Of a stretch of 64,000 nucleotides of DNA, positions 58,597 through 64,000 are shown one piece after another. This DNA comes from a virus. Lineage: Duplodnaviria > Caudoviricetes. The position numbers were made by a program, and so were the translations under genes. Position 1 is the first letter of the stretch. Every line of letters starts with the position of its first letter. The notes below the pieces were generated by a model. It was not told the DNA's origin and ran no database searches. It was given only the letters and a program-made list of their open reading frames with translations. The DNA lies in the IMG/VR virus record IMGVR_UViG_3300017913_002143, positions 10,909 to 74,908 of that record. One strand, written 5' to 3'.

Positions 58597-59844
58597 ATGG
58601 CAATTAATATTACAAAAGTGCTAGATGAAATCCAAACTAGATTGGATGATTCTACCCAAACTGATAGAAGTCTAACTGCTCTTATTGCAGCCAGTAACCG
58701 TATTGATAATTCTGGTACTGGTGTTCTAACATACAGATCTACTGGACATCTTCCACAATATACAGATTCAGCATACTACGGCACAATAGCGTATGTTGAA
58801 GTTGATAACGTATTTGGTGATAGTAGTGGAAGATTCTATTATGGATCTTCTCGCGACTCTGGTTGGATACAATTCACTACATTACAAGATAGTGATGAAG
58901 CAACAATAACTGTTCCTCCTTCTGGACCATCTAATCCAGCTTATGTTGGTACTAATTATGGATATTCAATGGGTGGCGGCAGTAGCCCGTATACTCAGAA
59001 CATTGATCAATATTCATATGCATCTGATGGAAACGCAACAAACGTCGGTGCTATGGACAATCCAGACTCAACCGCAGTTTGGACAGGTACTGGTGGGGGA
59101 AGTGAAACTCATGGATACCATATGGGTGGAACTCCCGTAGCACCTTTAGCGTCTCCAATCTTCAAATTTCCGTATACGTCGGGAACTCCAATTTCTGATA
59201 CCACATATGATGTGGGTGCAAATCAGATACATAGATATGGTCACTACGAAATGTGCGGCGATAGAACAAACATATACATTGTCGGTGGATATAGAGGTCC
59301 GAGCTACCCTACACTTTCAAATAGAAATACTATTCTAAATTTTGCAGCGTCATCAGATGGAGCAACGATTACTGATTACGGCGATCTATCAGCTTCAAAG
59401 AGATATGCAAATACCGGATCATCGGATACTTATGGATATGCAGTAGGAGGATACACTTCTGTTGGTCTTAATGTAATCGAGAAATGGCCATTTTCTGCAG
59501 CAGGCAATGCAACTGATGTTGGAGATTTACTTCACACTAGTTATGCCGCAGCGGCTTCAAGTTCGGGTACACATGGATATCTCCACGGTGGATTAACTCC
59601 CGGTGCAACTAATGTAATTCAGAAATATCCTTTCTCTACTGATGGCGATGCAACAGATGTTGGTGATATACTTGCGGCAAAACATAGTGGCACCGGTACA
59701 TCATCTGGTACACATGGATATCAGTCAGGAGGTAGTCCCGCAGTGAACACAATACAAAAATTTTCATTCTCAACTGACGGTGATGCTACCGATGTAGGAG
59801 ACTTAGCTTTCAGTCGAATAGCTAGTGCAGGAACACACTACTAA
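58597..59844 (+). CDS. Kelch/beta-propeller-repeat virion protein, paralog 1
   Basis: About 45-aa repeats GY..GG...I.K..F..DG.ATDVGDL after a DS-rich N-terminal domain. Confidence 0.75.
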   Translation: MAINITKVLDEIQTRLDDSTQTDRSLTALIAASNRIDNSGTGVLTYRSTGHLPQYTDSAYYGTIAYVEVDNVFGDSSGRFYYGSSRDSGWIQFTTLQDSDEATITVPPSGPSNPAYVGTNYGYSMGGGSSPYTQNIDQYSYASDGNATNVGAMDNPDSTAVWTGTGGGSETHGYHMGGTPVAPLASPIFKFPYTSGTPISDTTYDVGANQIHRYGHYEMCGDRTNIYIVGGYRGPSYPTLSNRNTILNFAASSDGATITDYGDLSASKRYANTGSSDTYGYAVGGYTSVGLNVIEKWPFSAAGNATDVGDLLHTSYAAAASSSGTHGYLHGGLTPGATNVIQKYPFSTDGDATDVGDILAAKHSGTGTSSGTHGYQSGGSPAVNTIQKFSFSTDGDATDVGDLAFSRIASAGTHY

Positions 59845-61118
59845 TGGCAATCAATCTTACAAATGTATTGAATCAAATTGAAACCAGGCATGCTGCTATT
59901 GATAGTAATACAGATGCAGCTGAGCACACTAGACTTGATGCTATCAACGATAGAATAAACTCAATGGGTGGTATTCTTACATACCGCTCAACTGGTCACT
60001 TACCTGAAATGGTTGACTCAGGGTATGTTGGTACAATTGCATATGTTGCTGCAGATAATGTATTTGGTGATAGTAGTGGTGCATTCTATATGGGTACGTT
60101 CAGAGATTCTAATTGGGTTAGAATAGCAACAAAGCAAGATAGTGATGAAGCGGCAATACCAGAACCTGGATCTGGTCCTTCAGTAGACTTTAGTCCATGG
60201 CCAGAAGGTGTATTACAAGGAGGAACATACGGATACGCTGTATTTGGATATGGTCCTCCAGCTGTTCTGTCAAGACATTCATTTACATCCGATGGTAATG
60301 CTACTACAGTACAACCGTCATTTTCTCCTGGTGTTGGTGGTGGTACACAATCAGATACAAAGATATATGGTTTTCAAGGTACTAGTAAAGTTATGCATAC
60401 GGTTCCGTTTGCTAGTGATACTTCAACAAAGACTACTACACCTGCACCAGATCGAGGAGCATCATATAATCAACAGAGAGGTGGTGTTGGATTCTCAAGT
60501 AGCAAATACTATCAAATGGCTGTAGGTCCAACTACTACCTTATCTACATACGTTCAATCGGGTCCTTTTGCTGCAGATACAGCTTCTACTGCTCCAGCAT
60601 CATTAGCGTATACAACATATGGATATGCTACAGTTACTACTAGTGGTACTGATGTGTATATGTCAGGGATGGCAGAAGGGGCTACTCCTAATCTAAACTG
60701 GAATGCTATTCAAAAAATGCCAACTTCATCTGAAGATACAATATCTGATGTGGGTGATATGGTATCTGCTCGAGCTGGTCATGGTAATGGAGCAATGAGC
60801 TCAACCCATGGTTATCATATAGGAAGAGGATATCCTACTCCATATTCAAATCAGATTGATAAGTATCCATTTGCTGCTGATGGAGATGCAACGGATGTTG
60901 GCGATCTAACAATACCTGCAGGATATATGACTGCTAGTTCATCAACCACTCATGGATATCGGTATGGTGGTAACACAACCACACCAGGGCCTACTACTGG
61001 TAAAGTTATAGAGAAGTGGTCATTTTCATCAGATGGTAATGCTACAGATGTTGGCGACTTGAGTAACAGCTCACCATCTGCACCAAACTCACAAGTAGCG
61101 GGGAGTGCATTTACATAA
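59844..61118 (+). CDS. Kelch/beta-propeller-repeat virion protein, paralog 2
   Basis: N-terminal domain similar to paralog 1; divergent repeat domain. Confidence 0.75.
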   Translation: MAINLTNVLNQIETRHAAIDSNTDAAEHTRLDAINDRINSMGGILTYRSTGHLPEMVDSGYVGTIAYVAADNVFGDSSGAFYMGTFRDSNWVRIATKQDSDEAAIPEPGSGPSVDFSPWPEGVLQGGTYGYAVFGYGPPAVLSRHSFTSDGNATTVQPSFSPGVGGGTQSDTKIYGFQGTSKVMHTVPFASDTSTKTTTPAPDRGASYNQQRGGVGFSSSKYYQMAVGPTTTLSTYVQSGPFAADTASTAPASLAYTTYGYATVTTSGTDVYMSGMAEGATPNLNWNAIQKMPTSSEDTISDVGDMVSARAGHGNGAMSSTHGYHIGRGYPTPYSNQIDKYPFAADGDATDVGDLTIPAGYMTASSSTTHGYRYGGNTTTPGPTTGKVIEKWSFSSDGNATDVGDLSNSSPSAPNSQVAGSAFT

Positions 61119-62305
61119 TGGCTGACTTAACAACACTCATTACAAATATTCAAGCTGATGTAGATGCAGCAGACTCTGATACCTCAATGAGAGATATCTT
61201 AGCTTTACTTCATCGCGGAAGTAAGATAACTACGTTCCACAAATGGTATGATAGCGCTGGTGTGTTGCCAATTGATTCTGCTTATGGTGGATATATTGCA
61301 TTTACTAAAGGTGACAATGCACTGCGTGTGTTCAATGATTCTGATATGCGTTGGGCAGCATTAGATAGTGCAGTCGCAACAGCTGGTTCAACCGGTAATC
61401 CAAGTGGTGGAACCGCGTACGGATATACAATAGGTGGATCACCATGGCCTACTGGAGGAAATGTGATTGAAAGATTTTCCTTCACCGTTGATGGTAATTC
61501 TACCGATGTGGGTGACCTCACACATGCACATTATGCTGGTGGAATTGGACAAAGTTTAACTCATGCATATTATATGGGTGGAACAGATGAACTTGCACCA
61601 GTATATTATACCAACCGAATTCAAAAAATACAGTTTGCTTCTTCTGGTGATGCTACAGAACTTAGTTATTATTTAACTGGTCAACGCACGCGTATGCAAA
61701 ATGGTGTGCATACCACCCCTACACATGCATTTTTAGCAGGTGGTTATAGAAGTCCTGGAGGATTTTATAGTGAAATTCAAAAATATTCGTATGCTGATGA
61801 TGCCAATGCATCAGATACAGGTGGCGATTTAAGTTCAGCAAGTGCTGATTTTGCTGGCCAAATGTCTCCAACTCATGCGTATCTGACAGGAGGTACTCCG
61901 TCGGTGAATCCTGATACAGGGAAAATCTATAAATATCCATTTGCAATTACCAGCGGAACTGAAACAGCCGTTGGAGATCTAACTCCTCAATATACAACCC
62001 AACATGATCAATCCGGTGCAAGTTCAGCTACCCATGGATACGTATTTTCAGGAACGATTCTAGATGCAATAGAAAAGTTTCCTTTTGCTGCAGATGCTAA
62101 TTCAACTGATGTAGGTGATTTAGTTCAAATGGCGTGGAGATCAGGTTGCACACAATCAACATCTCATGGATATAATTTAGGAGGTTCATCCCCTGCAGTT
62201 TCAGTAAATAATATTCAAAAATTTGATTTTTCATCAGATGGAGATAGTACAGATGTTGGCGATTTAACAGTTGCTAGAACCTATGCGCGTGGGGCAGCAG
62301 AATGA
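61118..62305 (+). CDS. Kelch/beta-propeller-repeat virion protein, paralog 3
   Basis: Same repeat type; different N-terminal domain (YDSAGVLP). Confidence 0.75.
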   Translation: MADLTTLITNIQADVDAADSDTSMRDILALLHRGSKITTFHKWYDSAGVLPIDSAYGGYIAFTKGDNALRVFNDSDMRWAALDSAVATAGSTGNPSGGTAYGYTIGGSPWPTGGNVIERFSFTVDGNSTDVGDLTHAHYAGGIGQSLTHAYYMGGTDELAPVYYTNRIQKIQFASSGDATELSYYLTGQRTRMQNGVHTTPTHAFLAGGYRSPGGFYSEIQKYSYADDANASDTGGDLSSASADFAGQMSPTHAYLTGGTPSVNPDTGKIYKYPFAITSGTETAVGDLTPQYTTQHDQSGASSATHGYVFSGTILDAIEKFPFAADANSTDVGDLVQMAWRSGCTQSTSHGYNLGGSSPAVSVNNIQKFDFSSDGDSTDVGDLTVARTYARGAAE

Positions 62306-63480
62306 CAGAAACAGCACTACAAACTAAAATAAACAACGCTGACTCAAACACCTCAATGTCTGAGCTGTTGAATATGTTGCATTCAGCAAAAGAATATTCA
62401 TACCATTCTTTGTATGACTCTGCTGGTGTACTTCCAGCTGCAGACTCTGCTAACATTGGTCGTATAGCTTTTGCGGAAGCAACTGATGCTATGTATGTAT
62501 TTGTTGGGATGGATAGTGGATGGCGAGTAGTTGATAGTGATGCATCAGCTCCAAGTATTCCACCTGTTGCTCCAGTATTTGCTGGTGAAAATTATGGATA
62601 CTCAATGGGTGGTGGATCAAGTCCGTACACCCAGAACATTGATAATTATCCATTTGCCAGTGATACAAATGCTACTAATGTTGGTGCAATGGACAATCCA
62701 GACCCAACCGCAGTTTGGTCGGGTTCTGGTGGTGGTAGTACTACTCATGGATATCATTTAGGTGGATCACCTGTATCACCTTTCTCCTCGCCAATTTTTA
62801 AGTTCCCATACACATCAGGAACTCCAATTTCTGATACAGGAAATGATATTGTTGCGAGTCAGGTACATAGATATGGTCACTATGAAATGTGTGGTGACAG
62901 AACAAACATATACATTGTCGGTGGATATAGAGGCCCCGCATATCCAACACTAGCAAACAAAAATACTATTTTAAGTTTTGCAGCCACATCTGACGGTTCA
63001 GCAATTACAGATTATGGTGATCTTACAGTTGCTAGAAGGTTTAATCAAACTGGAACATCAGAGACACATGGATATTCAGCTGGAGGATATACATCTACTG
63101 CTATTAATACGATCGATAAATGGCCCTTTGCGGCCGCAGCAAATGCAACAGATGTTGGAGACTTAACTGTAGCTGGTTACGCGGCTACTGGGGCTAGTTC
63201 AAGTACACATGGATACATAGCTGGTGCACTGACACCAGCTGCAACTAATGTAATTGAAAAGTATTCATTTTCAGTAGATGGTAATTCTTCAGATGTTGCT
63301 GATCTATTTGAACAAAAAAGCCAGGGCGCTGGTGCGTCATCCACTACTCATGGATATATTGCAGGTGGTAATCCAGCAACAGTAACTATACAAAAATATT
63401 CTTTTCTATCAGACCAAGATGGAACTGATGTTGGCGACTTGGCTTTCTCAAGACGAGCTAACGCAGGAACTCATTACTAG
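62302..63480 (+). CDS. Kelch/beta-propeller-repeat virion protein, paralog 4
   Basis: N-terminal domain like paralog 3; repeat domain closely matches paralog 1. Confidence 0.75.
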   Translation: MTETALQTKINNADSNTSMSELLNMLHSAKEYSYHSLYDSAGVLPAADSANIGRIAFAEATDAMYVFVGMDSGWRVVDSDASAPSIPPVAPVFAGENYGYSMGGGSSPYTQNIDNYPFASDTNATNVGAMDNPDPTAVWSGSGGGSTTHGYHLGGSPVSPFSSPIFKFPYTSGTPISDTGNDIVASQVHRYGHYEMCGDRTNIYIVGGYRGPAYPTLANKNTILSFAATSDGSAITDYGDLTVARRFNQTGTSETHGYSAGGYTSTAINTIDKWPFAAAANATDVGDLTVAGYAATGASSSTHGYIAGALTPAATNVIEKYSFSVDGNSSDVADLFEQKSQGAGASSTTHGYIAGGNPATVTIQKYSFLSDQDGTDVGDLAFSRRANAGTHY

Positions 63481-63484
63481 ACAG

Positions 63485-63492
63485 TATAAATA
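63485..63492 (+). promoter_or_regulatory. late promoter
   Basis: Intergenic TATAAATA, 8 nt before ATG 63501. Confidence 0.7.
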
Positions 63493-63500
63493 GGTGTACT

Positions 63501-64000
63501 ATGGCAATCAATATTAAAAACTTAGAAGAGCTGATTCAGAAGAAAGCATATGCAGTTACTTCATCTACACCTACATCTGACCTAGGTGATATAGTTGAAG
63601 CATCGCTACTTGCAACAAACAGTTTGCGAGAGTATGATTCTGCTGGACTGTTACCAGCAGCTACATCTAATGAAAAGATTGCGTTTGTTAAGAGTGATAA
63701 GTCTATTAGATTCAATAATGGATCAAAATGGGATTCATTAACATCAGGTGCAGCACAAGCAGGTGCGGCTGGAGGTGCTGAGCCTTCAGTACGACAGGCT
63801 GAAAATTATGGTTTTACAGCCGGTGCTGTAGTACCATCTGTTGCTCCTTCTTGGAATTATATTCAGAAATTTTCTGTGACTGCAGATGAAAATGCTACAG
63901 ATATTGGAGATACATTAGACTATACAGGTCAGGCAGCTGGAGCTTCAAGTTCAACTCATGGATACATGATGGGTGGATTTACTAGTTATGGTCCTAATGC
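63501..64000 (+). CDS. Kelch/beta-propeller-repeat virion protein, paralog 5 (truncated by window end)
   Basis: Translated by hand: MAINIKNLEEL...YDSAGLLP...IQKFS...NATDIGD...SSSTHGY; no stop codon before 64000. Confidence 0.75.
   Translation, partial: MAINIKNLEELIQKKAYAVTSSTPTSDLGDIVEASLLATNSLREYDSAGLLPAATSNEKIAFVKSDKSIRFNNGSKWDSLTSGAAQAGAAGGAEPSVRQAENYGFTAGAVVPSVAPSWNYIQKFSVTADENATDIGDTLDYTGQAAGASSSTHGYMMGGFTSYGPN

Noticed and set aside
61928-61935. Internal TATAAATA in propeller paralog 3
   Set aside because: It lies about 370 nt from the next start inside a CDS, and an AT-only 8-mer is expected by chance several times in this window.
606-63166. Many 60-135 aa track ORFs antisense to, or out of frame within, recognised genes (e.g. 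606..833, 30569..30979, 35093..35491, 37512..37868)
   Set aside because: They are fully nested in well-supported CDSs, lack SD or motifs, and read as shadow frames.
58597-64000. Diversity-generating retroelement or invertible shufflon acting on the propeller genes
   Set aside because: No reverse transcriptase, recombinase, inverted gene copies or adenine-specific template/variable repeat pair was visible in this window; the paralogs differ at all base types.
1-64000. tRNA, rRNA, CRISPR arrays, introns, inteins, IS elements, stop-codon recoding
   Set aside because: None recognised by eye; conserved genes are intact and abut under the standard code. tRNAscan and Infernal were not run.

Overview
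This is a 64 kb segment of a large, AT-rich T4-like (Tevenvirinae/Kyanoviridae-style) myovirus genome, probably marine; the host cannot be determined from this window. Layout, left to right: (1) DNA-metabolism and auxiliary genes (endonuclease II-like GIY-YIG, RNase H, DenV-like glycosylase, PhoH, Cas4-like exonuclease, deoxyribonucleotidase); (2) a tightly coupled 13-gene glycan synthesis/decoration operon (7.2-16.8 kb); (3) small early genes behind a family of sigma70-type promoters, including a structured intergenic element; (4) gp33 and gp32; (5) a minus-strand tail/head-completion block (gp4, gp2, gp54-like, gp26/gp51, tape-measure-like); (6) the baseplate (gp48, gp53, hub, split gp5, gp25, gp6, gp7, gp8, VrlC-like); (7) a second glycosyltransferase/methyltransferase/kinase cassette among the fibre genes; (8) tail fibres and at least five tandem propeller-repeat proteins. 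The strongest unexplained signal is an extreme enrichment of the dipeptide Asp-Ser in peripheral virion proteins only, encoded by both Ser codon families. Together with the two glyco-cassettes, this suggests a phage-encoded, sequon-directed virion O-glycosylation system (inference, not demonstrated). Other notable items: a likely -1 frameshift joining gp26 and gp51, a cupredoxin-like metal site in a fibre, and domain-shuffled propeller paralogs. All family calls come from motif recognition by eye, all counts are hand counts, and no database searches were run.
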